Shown: piece by piece, positions 37,716-48,700 of the stretch | Layout of the letters: every line of letters begins with the position of its first letter | Numbering within the stretch: the stretch's first letter is position 1 | DNA from: Bacteroidia bacterium | Lineage (GTDB): Bacteria > Bacteroidota > Bacteroidia > Flavobacteriales_D > JAUILH01 | Length of the DNA: 64,000 nucleotides | NCBI GenBank assembly: GCA_030433115.1 | Contig: JAUILH010000006.1 | Location: 1,691 to 65,690 of the forward strand | Direction of reading: 5' to 3' | Made by a program: the position numbers and the translations under genes | Notes under the pieces: model-generated | The model's database searches: none | The model's input: only the letters and a program-made list of their open reading frames with translations | Told to the model about the DNA's origin: nothing

Positions 37716-38361
37716 AATCAAATACATAACAGGGCTGATCATTTTGTTATCCATTAGTGGGTGCTTTAGACTTTCAGAAAACCAATCTGAACCCACCACT
37801 CGGGAAGAAGTGAATTCGGTAAAAATGAGTCAGAATTCTGTTGAAGGCATGGTGCCTTTGGCAGTTACAAGCCATGAGGTATTGTCGCCTAGAGACTACG
37901 TTTCTTGGGTAAGAAAAGAGGGGAATGGCTTAACCAAAGTGCAGTCGCGGGACCTAATGAGCGTACAATGCACCTATTTGCCACAAGACTATATGGTGTG
38001 CATGGAACTTAAGCAATCGGAAATTGACCAACCAACATATGAAGAAACTCTCAAACATTATTCTGGTTCACAGTATTTCAAATTTCGGGTATCAGGTATA
38101 AAAGAATCAGACAACCTGACATATCTGATGACCCACATGCAGCATGACATTAAGTTGGTGATTAAGCAGGACACAATTCCGTGTATCGAATATATCTGCG
38201 AGCCAATGATTAGCTCAACTGCGCCAATCTCAATCCTGGTGGGATTTGACTTAGAAGAACCCCAGGACATGCAATTAATCATAAAGAATCAGCAGACTCC
38301 AATTGAGTTTAACTGGCTTGAAGAAGACATAAAAAACGCTCCAAAACTTAAAAAAGGATGA
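37705..38361 (+). CDS. Hypothetical lipoprotein
   Basis: Lipobox-like LLSISGCFRL. It overlaps both neighbouring genes. Confidence 0.5.
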   Translation: MLVRIKYITGLIILLSISGCFRLSENQSEPTTREEVNSVKMSQNSVEGMVPLAVTSHEVLSPRDYVSWVRKEGNGLTKVQSRDLMSVQCTYLPQDYMVCMELKQSEIDQPTYEETLKHYSGSQYFKFRVSGIKESDNLTYLMTHMQHDIKLVIKQDTIPCIEYICEPMISSTAPISILVGFDLEEPQDMQLIIKNQQTPIEFNWLEEDIKNAPKLKKG

Positions 38362-41300
38362 GTTACCAAGAGAAACTTAGAATTAGACAAATCATTTTGA
38401 GGATCACATCCTTAAAAATGGCCATGGTCATGATGCTAACCTCCACATTATTCTTGTGGCCCGAAGAAGCTTCTGCATTAACAGGTGGACCAACTCAACC
38501 AGAAGTGAGCAGTTTTTCGCCAGTTGGCACGTCAGATATGGTAGACCCCTTTTCCGGGAATTTTAATTACAACATTCCTCTACTAGATGTTGGTGGCTAC
38601 CCCATCAACCTGGTGTACAATTCCGGCATTTCTATGGACCAGGAAGCGTCATGGGTTGGACTCGGCTGGAATGTCAACGCAGGAGTCATCAACCGAACGG
38701 TAAGAGGGTTGCCAGATGATTTTGACGGAGACACGATTGTGACAACAACAAGCATGAAGCCTATGACGACTTTTGGGCTCACGTATGGAAAGGACTTTGA
38801 GTTTTTTGGAATTACCAAGAATGAAGACAATAAAAAAATAGATACCAGCTTACTTGACCTTAATCTTGGCCTGTCGTTGGGCTTTAACTGGAATAATTAC
38901 ACAGGAATTGGTGCAGAAATAGGCTTGAATCCATCATTCTCAGCTGGAGATAAGAACAAAAACGAATACACAGCTGGATTGGGCTTTAACTCAAGCAGTG
39001 GAGGAGGTTTGAGTATTCAGCCCTCAGCTTCATTTTCAGGGGCAGAGAGGGAGAATAAATCAGAGTCAAAGTTAAAATCTGTAGCAGGTGGATTTCAAAG
39101 TGCATTTAATTCGCGTGAGGGATTAACCGCTTTATCTGTGTCTGGAAATGCGAATATGGCCAGGGCTAAAGAAGGGAAATCACATTTGACCTACAACCTT
39201 GGTGGAACCGCAAGTTTCGATTTTGGCCAACCTACCTACACGCCTTCTGCAAACATTTCAAAAAACAGCTTTGGTTTATCAGCAAGCTTTAAAATTGGAG
39301 CAGAAGTAATTGGAGCCGATATAGGTCAGAGAATAAGCGGTTATTACAATCGGCAATGGATTGCTAAAACTGACAGAATTGCTCAAAACAGGGCCTATGG
39401 TTATTTCAATCTGGAAAATGGACAGAAAGACGATCAGGCGTTATTAGATTTCAATAGAGAAAATGATGGGGCCTATACTTCTGAAACGCCTCTATTACCA
39501 ATGGCTAACTTAACAAATGATGTGTTTTCCGTATCTGGTCAGGGTGTTGGTGGCAGCTTCAGAGGCTTTAGAAATGATGTAGGTCATGTGTTTGACAACA
39601 GCACAGCCACAAACAGTGTTAATGGCAATTTGGGAATAGAGACAGCTACTGGGAATTTAGTTAAAGGCGGGCTTCAGGTTGGAGTTACCTGGTCCAACAC
39701 TCAAACAGGAAAATGGACTAAAAAGAATGACGCTTTGGCTGCAACCACTCACAGACAAAATAAAGCTTACAAAACCTATGAGCACTACCACCTAAAAGAA
39801 GCCAGTGAAAAAAATGTGTCTGCCGATCCCGGTTATATGAGCAGGGTAGGAGGGGTAGACCCCATGCATGTAGATATTTCCAAAGTAGGACTTTTTGGCG
39901 CTCAAGCTAAGAGCAAGTTGGTGAACCACAATGGTACAAGACAAACCATTAGCTCGGCAAGCACTTATAGAAATCAGCGCGAAAAACGGAATCAGTTGAT
40001 GAATGTGCTGCCCAGAGTTAGAGTAAACGAGGGGCACGGACTCAATTTCCTGCCTTCAAATTCCTACGCGAAAACCAACGGTAAAAACCACCATGTGTGT
40101 GAAATCACCAATCTGTCTTCAGATGGCAGTCGTTATGTCTATGGACTTCCCGCATACAATACCAAGAAAAAGGAAGTGACCTTTGCAATTGGAGATAAAA
40201 TTATAGGAACCGGAAGTAACGGTGAATATCCCTATGACCCTGATTGTGCAAACGGTCTTGTGCAGTATGACCCAGGCACCACAGCAACTACAGACAACCC
40301 ATGGGGTGTAGATCAGTATTATAATTCGGTTGAAACACCAGCCTATGCACATGCCTTCATGTTAACAGCCGTGATTAGCCCTGATTATCAGGATGTAGAC
40401 GGCGTTAAAGGACCTAGCGACGGAGACTTGGGAAATTACACCAAGTTTCACTACAAACAAGTAGATGACTATAAGTGGCGTGTGCCATTTCAACAGAATA
40501 GTGCCCACTATAACGAAGGGCTCAGAAGCGATCAATATGATGACAAAGCCAACTACATCTACGGTGAAAAGGAGCTATGGTATCTGGATTCTATTGTGAC
40601 CAAAAACTTCATTGCCATATTCCATACCAATGATAGAGAAGATGGCTGTGGTGTAACAGGAGAGCATGGCGGTCTTGAGACCTCAAATCGAATGCAGAAA
40701 CTGACAAAAATCAGCCTCTATGCCAAACCGGATTACTATGCCAATGGCGTAAACGCCGAGCCGATTAAAGAAGTGCATTTTGAATACAGCTACGAACTGT
40801 GTCCGGACGTTCCCAATAACACGGATGCAGATTATGACCACGACGGGGATCCTGCAACAGCAAAACTCACTAATGAACGCGGAAAATTAACCCTCAAAAA
40901 AGTCTACTTCACTTATAGAGGATCCCAAAGGGGAAAATACAGTGCGTATGATTTTACGTATGGCGGCGACAACAATTATGCTTACAATATGAAGGCCAAT
41001 GACAGGTGGGGAACCTATAAGTACAATCCGGTCACAACGGACTGTGATGTGGTCAATGATTCCTTAAACACATCCGATTTCCCATATACAAATCAATTTG
41101 ATTCAGCCACTCAGGATCTATATGTGTCCGCCTGGTCACTCACGGAAATAGACTTGCCTTCGGGAGGTAAAATCCAGGTAGAGTATGAAAGTGATGACTA
41201 CGCTTATGTCCAATATAAACAAGCCATGCAAATGTTTAAAATTAAGGGACTTCAGAATGGAAGTGGTAGCGCAGTGTTTTCAGGTGTTCAACCCATAAGC

Positions 41301-44060
41301 AACGGAACAAATAAAAATTGGAGACTGCTGTTTGAGCTTCAGCCGGGTTATACCAATATATCGGACTATTTCGAGGGTGTTGACAACTTATATTTCAGAT
41401 GCCTTATGGAGTTTGATGAACCGGGAGGCGGAACAGATGGACGATATGATTTTGTTTCGGGATACGCCAAAATAGACGGCAATAGTTATGGTCAATATGA
41501 CGCCACAACTGGCTATGTGGATCTTAAGAAAGTCTCATTTAAAGACAATGGCAGTGAAGATTATAGTCCCATAGCACTTGCAGGCATCCAATATGGGCGT
41601 TTGCATCTTTCAAGGTTTGTCAATGATCAACCGGCATTGAGTGAAGATGATGGTCTTGGCAAACAAGTTCTTAGTGCTTTTGTGACGTCTATTACGAACT
41701 TCAAAGATGGCTTTAAGAATCCCAATAAATCTATTTGGGACAAGGAAAGAGGCACCAAAATAGTACTCAATAAGTCGTGGATTCGCCTCAACAATGTTAA
41801 CGGTCATAAAAAGGGCGGTGGTCATCGCGTAAAAAGCATCAAAATGGTAGACGAATGGGATGCCATGACCGATAACCAAATGAATGAGTTTACCTACGGT
41901 CAGGAATATATCTATGAATTAGAAAATGGTAGATCTTCCGGTGTTGCTGCTTACGAACCGCAGGTGGGTGGAGAAGAAAATCCGTTTAAACAACCAATTA
42001 CTTATTCGGAGAAAAAGACTTTGGCTCCGGATGCAAGGTTCTACAAGGAAACACCCGTTGGTGAATCATTTTTCCCTTCAGCCAACGTAGGATATAGCAG
42101 AGTAGTGATCAAAAATATTGATCACGACAACGTGAAATCCCACGCCACTGGTAAGGTGGTGCATGAGTTTTACACTGCTCGAGATTTTCCCACATTGGTG
42201 AGATATACACCTGTAGAGAAGTTTAGGCAGAAATCCCCATCATTCAATATAGTATCCCTTTTAAAGGCTGTTTCGTATGACATGATGACGGCTTCTCAAG
42301 GATTTGTAATTGAGTGCAATGATATGCACGGGAAGCAAAAGGCGCAATATGTGTACGCTGAAAATAAATCTACACCGATCACTAGTGTAGAGTACTATTA
42401 TCAAGACGCACCAAATGGCACACAACGTAGGCTGACAAATCAAGCCAATGTAATTAATGAAGATGGTTCTGTTGCTCAGGCAGAACTGGGTGTCTTTTTC
42501 GATATGGCGGTTGACTACAGGGAGTCCAAGAGTAGAACCTTGGCCCCAAACATCAATACGCATGTAGATGCTTTTGTCATTCCTTTTCTTCCGCCAATAG
42601 TCGTTCCGATTCCTTCTTGGATCCCTCAATTCAACTACGAAAAAACCAGATTCAGATCTGCTACAACCACTAAGGTCATTCAACGTTTTGGAATTCTGGA
42701 AAAAGTTGTGGCTACAGACCTGGGCTCCAGGGTAGAGACCAAAAACCTGGCCTATGATGCCGAATCGGGGGAGGTTTTACTAACGCAAACCCAAACCAAT
42801 TTTGAAGATGCAGTTTACAGCCTAAAATACCCTGCGTATTGGCATTATGATGGCATGGGAATGGCCTATAAAAACATTGGATATGAGGATCAATTGACCT
42901 TTGACGCCAATGGAGTTGCAACAGTGAGTGATGCACAAGAATACTATGTGGAAGGAGACGAACTCTTATTGATTGGTCTTAATGACAAGGTCTGGGTGAC
43001 AGATGTGTCAAGTGGCTCAATCACAGCCTTGAAAACGGATGGTTCTCCGGTGTCTGGGTCATTTTCTAGTGAAGTCATCAGGTCTGGAAGAAGGAATCTG
43101 CAAAATTTGCCAATGGCAAGCATCACTACTCGTGAAAACCCACTGAATGCGCTAAAGTCCAATGTTTATGAGAATGTCTTACAAGCCTCTGCTATTGAGT
43201 ACGGAAATGCCTGGAGAACTTATTGCGAATGTTTTGGATCGGGGAATAATGGTATAGGACCAATTAGCTCTACAAATCCATATGTGCTGGGAACCAAAGG
43301 CAACTTCAGACCAAAGTCTTCCTACTTGCACTTATCAGACAGAACTCAAAGTGATTACAACGACAATACCAACATCCGAAAAGACGGCATGTTCAAATCT
43401 TACAGACCATTCTACAGATTAAATCCTTCTGGGGAGTGGGAGATTGATAGAAAAGACTGGACATATACGGCAGAGGTGACCGAATTTAGTCCGCTTGGAC
43501 AAGAACTGGAAAACCAGGATGCGCTGGGTAGATATTCAGCAGCAACCTTTGGTTTCAACCAAACTCTGGCGACTTCTGTTGCGGCCAACGCACAATATAG
43601 AGAGATAGGTTTTGATGGTTTTGAAGACTATGATTTTAATCCTTGCGCTGATGGGCATTTCAAATTTATTAAGGACAGCGTTACTATAGACGATTCCGAA
43701 TCCCATTCCGGAACACATAGTATCAAGGTAAGTAGCGGCAGTCCGGCCACCCTTACCAGACAAATTAGTGACTGGTGTGCACCAACAGCTTGTGCTGTAG
43801 ACATTGATACCAGCTATGGACAAGATGGATCAGGAAACGATATTCTTACAATTGTACCTACCGGAGGCAATGGAAGCTATCTCGTTAACTGGGATGTGAT
43901 ATCAGGCTCACCAATCATTAACTATACACCATCTGAACATGCCATAATAATGAGACTCACAGGCAGCTATTCGATTACCATTAGCTACAAAGACACTGAT
44001 GGCTGTGAAGTGATCAAGACAATTTCAATCACTAACGGAGCATTCTCAGAAATTTTATAA
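38358..44060 (+). CDS. 1900-aa SpvB/TcB-like N-terminal domain protein with YD-like segments and a C-terminal jelly-roll + SprB-like repeat
   Basis: After the signal peptide comes LTGGPTQPEVSSFSPVGTSDMVDPFSGNFNYNIPLLDVGGYPINLVYNSGISMDQEASWVGLGWNVN, an SpvB/TcaC N-terminal-type motif. TcdB-mid-like blocks follow (FMLTAVISPDYQDVDG..GNYTKFHY; WSLTEIDLPSGGKIQVEYESDDY). The end contains PTGGNGSYLVNWD. Confidence 0.65.
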   Translation: MSYQEKLRIRQIILRITSLKMAMVMMLTSTLFLWPEEASALTGGPTQPEVSSFSPVGTSDMVDPFSGNFNYNIPLLDVGGYPINLVYNSGISMDQEASWVGLGWNVNAGVINRTVRGLPDDFDGDTIVTTTSMKPMTTFGLTYGKDFEFFGITKNEDNKKIDTSLLDLNLGLSLGFNWNNYTGIGAEIGLNPSFSAGDKNKNEYTAGLGFNSSSGGGLSIQPSASFSGAERENKSESKLKSVAGGFQSAFNSREGLTALSVSGNANMARAKEGKSHLTYNLGGTASFDFGQPTYTPSANISKNSFGLSASFKIGAEVIGADIGQRISGYYNRQWIAKTDRIAQNRAYGYFNLENGQKDDQALLDFNRENDGAYTSETPLLPMANLTNDVFSVSGQGVGGSFRGFRNDVGHVFDNSTATNSVNGNLGIETATGNLVKGGLQVGVTWSNTQTGKWTKKNDALAATTHRQNKAYKTYEHYHLKEASEKNVSADPGYMSRVGGVDPMHVDISKVGLFGAQAKSKLVNHNGTRQTISSASTYRNQREKRNQLMNVLPRVRVNEGHGLNFLPSNSYAKTNGKNHHVCEITNLSSDGSRYVYGLPAYNTKKKEVTFAIGDKIIGTGSNGEYPYDPDCANGLVQYDPGTTATTDNPWGVDQYYNSVETPAYAHAFMLTAVISPDYQDVDGVKGPSDGDLGNYTKFHYKQVDDYKWRVPFQQNSAHYNEGLRSDQYDDKANYIYGEKELWYLDSIVTKNFIAIFHTNDREDGCGVTGEHGGLETSNRMQKLTKISLYAKPDYYANGVNAEPIKEVHFEYSYELCPDVPNNTDADYDHDGDPATAKLTNERGKLTLKKVYFTYRGSQRGKYSAYDFTYGGDNNYAYNMKANDRWGTYKYNPVTTDCDVVNDSLNTSDFPYTNQFDSATQDLYVSAWSLTEIDLPSGGKIQVEYESDDYAYVQYKQAMQMFKIKGLQNGSGSAVFSGVQPISNGTNKNWRLLFELQPGYTNISDYFEGVDNLYFRCLMEFDEPGGGTDGRYDFVSGYAKIDGNSYGQYDATTGYVDLKKVSFKDNGSEDYSPIALAGIQYGRLHLSRFVNDQPALSEDDGLGKQVLSAFVTSITNFKDGFKNPNKSIWDKERGTKIVLNKSWIRLNNVNGHKKGGGHRVKSIKMVDEWDAMTDNQMNEFTYGQEYIYELENGRSSGVAAYEPQVGGEENPFKQPITYSEKKTLAPDARFYKETPVGESFFPSANVGYSRVVIKNIDHDNVKSHATGKVVHEFYTARDFPTLVRYTPVEKFRQKSPSFNIVSLLKAVSYDMMTASQGFVIECNDMHGKQKAQYVYAENKSTPITSVEYYYQDAPNGTQRRLTNQANVINEDGSVAQAELGVFFDMAVDYRESKSRTLAPNINTHVDAFVIPFLPPIVVPIPSWIPQFNYEKTRFRSATTTKVIQRFGILEKVVATDLGSRVETKNLAYDAESGEVLLTQTQTNFEDAVYSLKYPAYWHYDGMGMAYKNIGYEDQLTFDANGVATVSDAQEYYVEGDELLLIGLNDKVWVTDVSSGSITALKTDGSPVSGSFSSEVIRSGRRNLQNLPMASITTRENPLNALKSNVYENVLQASAIEYGNAWRTYCECFGSGNNGIGPISSTNPYVLGTKGNFRPKSSYLHLSDRTQSDYNDNTNIRKDGMFKSYRPFYRLNPSGEWEIDRKDWTYTAEVTEFSPLGQELENQDALGRYSAATFGFNQTLATSVAANAQYREIGFDGFEDYDFNPCADGHFKFIKDSVTIDDSESHSGTHSIKVSSGSPATLTRQISDWCAPTACAVDIDTSYGQDGSGNDILTIVPTGGNGSYLVNWDVISGSPIINYTPSEHAIIMRLTGSYSITISYKDTDGCEVIKTISITNGAFSEIL

Positions 44061-44062
44061 TT

Positions 44063-45022
44063 ATGAATTACAGAATTTACATAACAATTATAGCTGCACT
44101 GGCAAGTCATTTAAGCTGGGGTCAAATCTGTCCAACAAACACCAGTTGTGCTACCGCTCAGAATTTGTGTGAGGCGGACACCGCAGCATGGCAATGTATG
44201 CCCTGTAGCATGGGATCGAATCCCGAAATATGGTTTGAGTTCACTGTGAACGCCACAGGAAGCATTCCAATGAATTTCTATGACGCCACAGGGTGGCCGT
44301 ATGCAAACATTTTCACCGGTTATGAGTTATATGGACCACTACCAAGCCTTCATGATTGTAGCAATTTACCGTCTCCAATAGCATCTTCTACAGATACAGC
44401 GGGCTTCTATTTTGCAAATATCACCAGTGGTCACTACTTACTTAAAATCAACGTGCTTGGTTGTGCGGATTCTCTTCAGAAAGTAAAAGTATTTCTGGAA
44501 GGCGCTGACCCATTGGTGTGTGCCAACGACTCCGCTTCTTGTGAAAACTGCATTGGCTCCTTTGCGCCAATACCAGGTAAAAAATATGTATTAAGCGCCT
44601 GGACCAAAGAAGACAATCCTTCGTTGAGTAAAACAAGCTACACAAACCCCGAAATATATCTTGATTTTCCCTCTGCAAGCACCACACTTGGACCGTTTAA
44701 TCCCGCAGGAGAAATCATTGATGGTTGGCAAAGAATAGAACAAGAGTTCACGGTTCCGGCTACCGCCAATGAGATTAAACTAAGGCTACAAAGTGCCTCC
44801 GGAGACGTGTATTTCGATGACATTAGAATATTTCCTTTTGATGCAAGTATGAAGTCGTATGTCTACGACCCAGTTAATATGCGCTTAGCAGCAGAGTTGG
44901 ACGAGAGACATTATGCCACCTACTACGAATATGATGAAGAGGGCAAACTAATACGTGTGAAGAAAGAAACCGAAAAAGGCGTGATGACCATCCAGGAAAC
45001 CCGAAATAACGCTTCAAAATAA
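44063..45022 (+). CDS. Secreted Cys-rich protein with a jelly-roll (CBM-like) domain and a YD-repeat-like tail
   Basis: Signal peptide, then a Cys-rich N-terminus (ICPTNTSCATAQNLCE..CMPC). The sequence continues ..VYFDDIRIFPFD.. and SYVYDPVNMRLAAELDERHYATYYEYDEEGKLIRVKKE. Confidence 0.5.
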   Translation: MNYRIYITIIAALASHLSWGQICPTNTSCATAQNLCEADTAAWQCMPCSMGSNPEIWFEFTVNATGSIPMNFYDATGWPYANIFTGYELYGPLPSLHDCSNLPSPIASSTDTAGFYFANITSGHYLLKINVLGCADSLQKVKVFLEGADPLVCANDSASCENCIGSFAPIPGKKYVLSAWTKEDNPSLSKTSYTNPEIYLDFPSASTTLGPFNPAGEIIDGWQRIEQEFTVPATANEIKLRLQSASGDVYFDDIRIFPFDASMKSYVYDPVNMRLAAELDERHYATYYEYDEEGKLIRVKKETEKGVMTIQETRNNASK

Positions 45023-45029
45023 TAGAGAT

Positions 45030-45752
45030 ATGAAACGACTAACTACAAGTATCCTTCTTTTAATAAGTCTGACATCTGGTGCGCAAACAGGCTCTAACAT
45101 TGATGTTGATGAAATGTCTCAAGTGCTCAAACAAGTTGCAGACAAATATACTGCAATGAGCGATTACAGCTTTAATGTCACATATACTTCATATAAAGGT
45201 CACTCAGGGAATGTCATTGCCGATAAATCCAGTGGAGTTTTCAAAAAGTCAGGACAAAAAATGTACGCCAATATCATGGGTATGGAAACGGTTCAGGATG
45301 ATAAAATTCGAATTCTGACATTGGAGCAGGAAAAGCTGATGTTTGTGTATGAACCAAAGCCCATGGAAGAAACTATGGATATTGATGCTTATTCCAAAGC
45401 ACTGAATGATGCCTCAAAAATAACTAAAAGGCATTCCGGGTCTCAACAAATCTTTGTCATCTATTTCAAATCATATTCAACACTAGAAAAGATGGTGCTC
45501 TACCTGAATGATGACCTGTTTATCACCAAAGTAAAGTTGTTTTATGCAGAAGCTCAATCGTGGGAAGTTGGAAGCGGAGTGACCAAAAGCGCGAAACCAA
45601 GACTTGAAATCAATTATAGCAACTTTTCTTTTAGCCCTGTTAAGCCAAACAGTTTTAACACGGCTCAATATGTGACGACAAGTGGAACCTCCTATAAAAC
45701 CACCAGTCAATACGCCAGATACGAATTAAATAACATGATCCTTTCTAAATAA
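45030..45752 (+). CDS. Secreted hypothetical protein (LolA/LolB-like fold suspected)
   Basis: Signal peptide MKRLTTSILLLISLTSGAQ. The size and strand pattern resemble lipoprotein-sorting-like proteins. This is a weak call. Confidence 0.35.
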   Translation: MKRLTTSILLLISLTSGAQTGSNIDVDEMSQVLKQVADKYTAMSDYSFNVTYTSYKGHSGNVIADKSSGVFKKSGQKMYANIMGMETVQDDKIRILTLEQEKLMFVYEPKPMEETMDIDAYSKALNDASKITKRHSGSQQIFVIYFKSYSTLEKMVLYLNDDLFITKVKLFYAEAQSWEVGSGVTKSAKPRLEINYSNFSFSPVKPNSFNTAQYVTTSGTSYKTTSQYARYELNNMILSK

Positions 45753-45761
45753 CAGAATCTC

Positions 45762-48700
45762 ATGAGATTAAAATACTTTATTACAGCACTTATTTTGACG
45801 GGCAGTTCTGCAGTTGCCTTATCAAATGACATTTCGGTTCACCAAAGAATTGCCGCTTCAAATGGAAATGCCGTTGAAATAGGTAGTGCTGAAGCAGAAA
45901 AAACAGTTGAGGTTTTGCCGAAAACAGGAGCATTCAAAGACATCAATCAAAAGGCATTTTTAAGTTTTGGAGTTGATCACAATTATGAAGGTTATCTGGA
46001 GGAAGACATGAACGTGAGAGTGGTTGTGCACGTGACACCATACGATAAAAATGACGTGGCGCAAACCGCTTTTGATCAAAGCCTGGAAATAGAGTATAAG
46101 CCATTTTCTTTCATCAGTTACCAAGACAAAGACCAGTATATTTTTGAAGAGGCCTATAAATTTGAATTTAGAATCGACTCTGTTTTCATCAATGGAGTAT
46201 CAGATACGCTTTTACCGGCCAATATGTATGTTGATGGTGATATAACGATTGACAGAACTTATGAGTTTGCCAGCTCTGTTAACACCGTCATTACACCGGA
46301 CGATTCAGTGATATATCTCAATTGTGATACCCTTGCAGACGAGCTTGAAATCAGGTGGAACACTTTACTAGGTGCTGAAGAATACCAGTTGGAATGGGTG
46401 TTCGTGAACGATTATACCGCCACAGAAAATGCGTATTCGGCTACAGGCAAGACCTATAATTTTAGAAACAATAGTACCCGGATATCCACTGCAGAAACAT
46501 TTTATCGAATTCCACTGGTTTTCGACCATGGCTATGTGTTGTATCGCGTGCGCGCCATAGGGAGGGACACTGCCGATCTGGACAAGAGAATTTTTGGAAC
46601 CTGGAGTTATGACCAGGATGGTTTAATAACTGACGCAGCCGTAATAAAGTATCACAACACCGTTCCTCACGAAAAGGAAAAAAACTGGCAGCTTACTACC
46701 ACCTTTGCTGAAGAGGGTAAAAAGAAAGAAGTCATTTCATATTTTGATGGCAGCTTGCGAAACCGTCAGAGTGTTACTCGAATCAACTCAGATAACAACA
46801 CCATTGTAGGAGAAACAATTTATGACCATCAGGGTCGTCCTGCTGTAAATATATTACCGGTACCAGTACAAACACCTACTTGCGACAGTTCGGGAAATGA
46901 AGAAATATCAGCTCTGCAGTTTTACCCAAATTTTAACTTGAACGACAGTGCTCAGGCATACTCACGCCACGACTTTGATTTGGACGATTCTGCAAGTTGG
47001 TCGGTCAGTGCCGGTAGCTTAAATGACTCAACTGGTGCATCAAATTATTACTCACCTTCCAATCCCAATAAAACAGCACACCAAGCTTATGTGCCTCAGG
47101 CAAACGGCTATCCATTTACCCAGGTAGAATATACACCAGATAATACCGGTAGAATTAAACGCCAGTCCGGAGTAGGAGAAAACTTTAAGTTAGGCTCAGG
47201 AAAAGAGACGCAATACTTCTATGGAAAACCAATGCAAATAAAGCTCAACAGATTGTTTGGGTCGGAAGTAGGTTATGCCTCTCACTACAAGAAAAATCTG
47301 GTAATTGACCCCAATGGGCAAATCAGTGTAAGTTATTTGGACCAGGAAGGTAGAGTGGTCGCCACGTCACTCGCCGGAGAAGTGCCAGATAATCTGATTG
47401 CTTTGACCAGTGAAGAAAATGCAAGTGTAGATTTAACCGCTGATTTATTTGAAAAAGACCCAAACGGCAATAGTTTAACCAATGCAATAGGTCCTGATGG
47501 AAAAAGCATTGTATATAACCAGGAATTGCTGGTATCCACAGCAAGTGACTACGAGTTTATTTACTCCATTGATTCGGACACACTGTATGACAGTTGTTTG
47601 GTAGACACCATTTGTTTTCATTGTGTGTATGACCTCACATTTATGATTACGGATGCTTGTGGTGATACGATTCCTTCAGACACCATTGTAACGGACACCA
47701 CCATTGGTTATTTCACAACAGATAGTTTGGGAACCATTCAGTTTAATACGGAGTGCCAGACCCCATCAGGAGTTTCGTATTCCGATACGCTATTGGTGTC
47801 TTTAACCCCCGGAAATTATACCATCTCAAAAATCCTGACCCTAAGGGAAGATGCCATAGATTATTACGTTGAAGCCTTTCTGGATTCTGCCAATAACGAA
47901 TGTGTTAAAACACTCTATGATTTCCAGCAAGACTTTCTTGCCCTGGTGGACACAAGCAGTTGTTATGTAGATTGCGACAGCTGTGAAAGCCAATTAGGCA
48001 CCAGGGATGACTTTGTATCTCAAGGATTGGGAACGGCTCTGGAGTATGACATTATGTTGGAAGAATGTCAAGCACCTTGTCAGGATATTGATCCGTGTGA
48101 CGTTGCCAGACAAATGATGCTCGTAGATATGATGCCAGCAGGTCAGTACGGCACGTACTATGATGCCCAAGGGAACATTGATGTGAGCAGTTATAACTTG
48201 TCCATCTATTCTTCCAATAACATGCTGTCGGCCACCAATGCCTTGTGGAGCAACCCTTATTTGGAAAAAAATGGCAACACTTATGATTACTTCATAGATG
48301 AGCTCGGAGACAGTGCCAAAGTAATACTTCAGAGTGATGGTAGCGGAGGATACGTACCTTCTGTGACAAGTGCTTTATTGGTTCATACCAATGGCAATGG
48401 TGATTTCTATACTTATCCTGATAATCTGGCAAATGTGACAGATTTTATTGACCTTTTCCAGGAAAGTTGGGCGCAAAGCTTATTATACTACCACCCGGAA
48501 TACTGCTATTACAAAACCTGCCTGGAGTATCATGAGGAAGACAGTGATGAGAATACCAGCAATACGTTTGATAACCTCCTTTTAAATACGGAGACCTTTG
48601 ATGCTGCCATTAATGCTGGAATTATAAAATCTAATTATGCAGCTTTATCTAATCCTGATGACAGATTGGAAGACTTGTTTACTGTTTCCACATCTCATGC

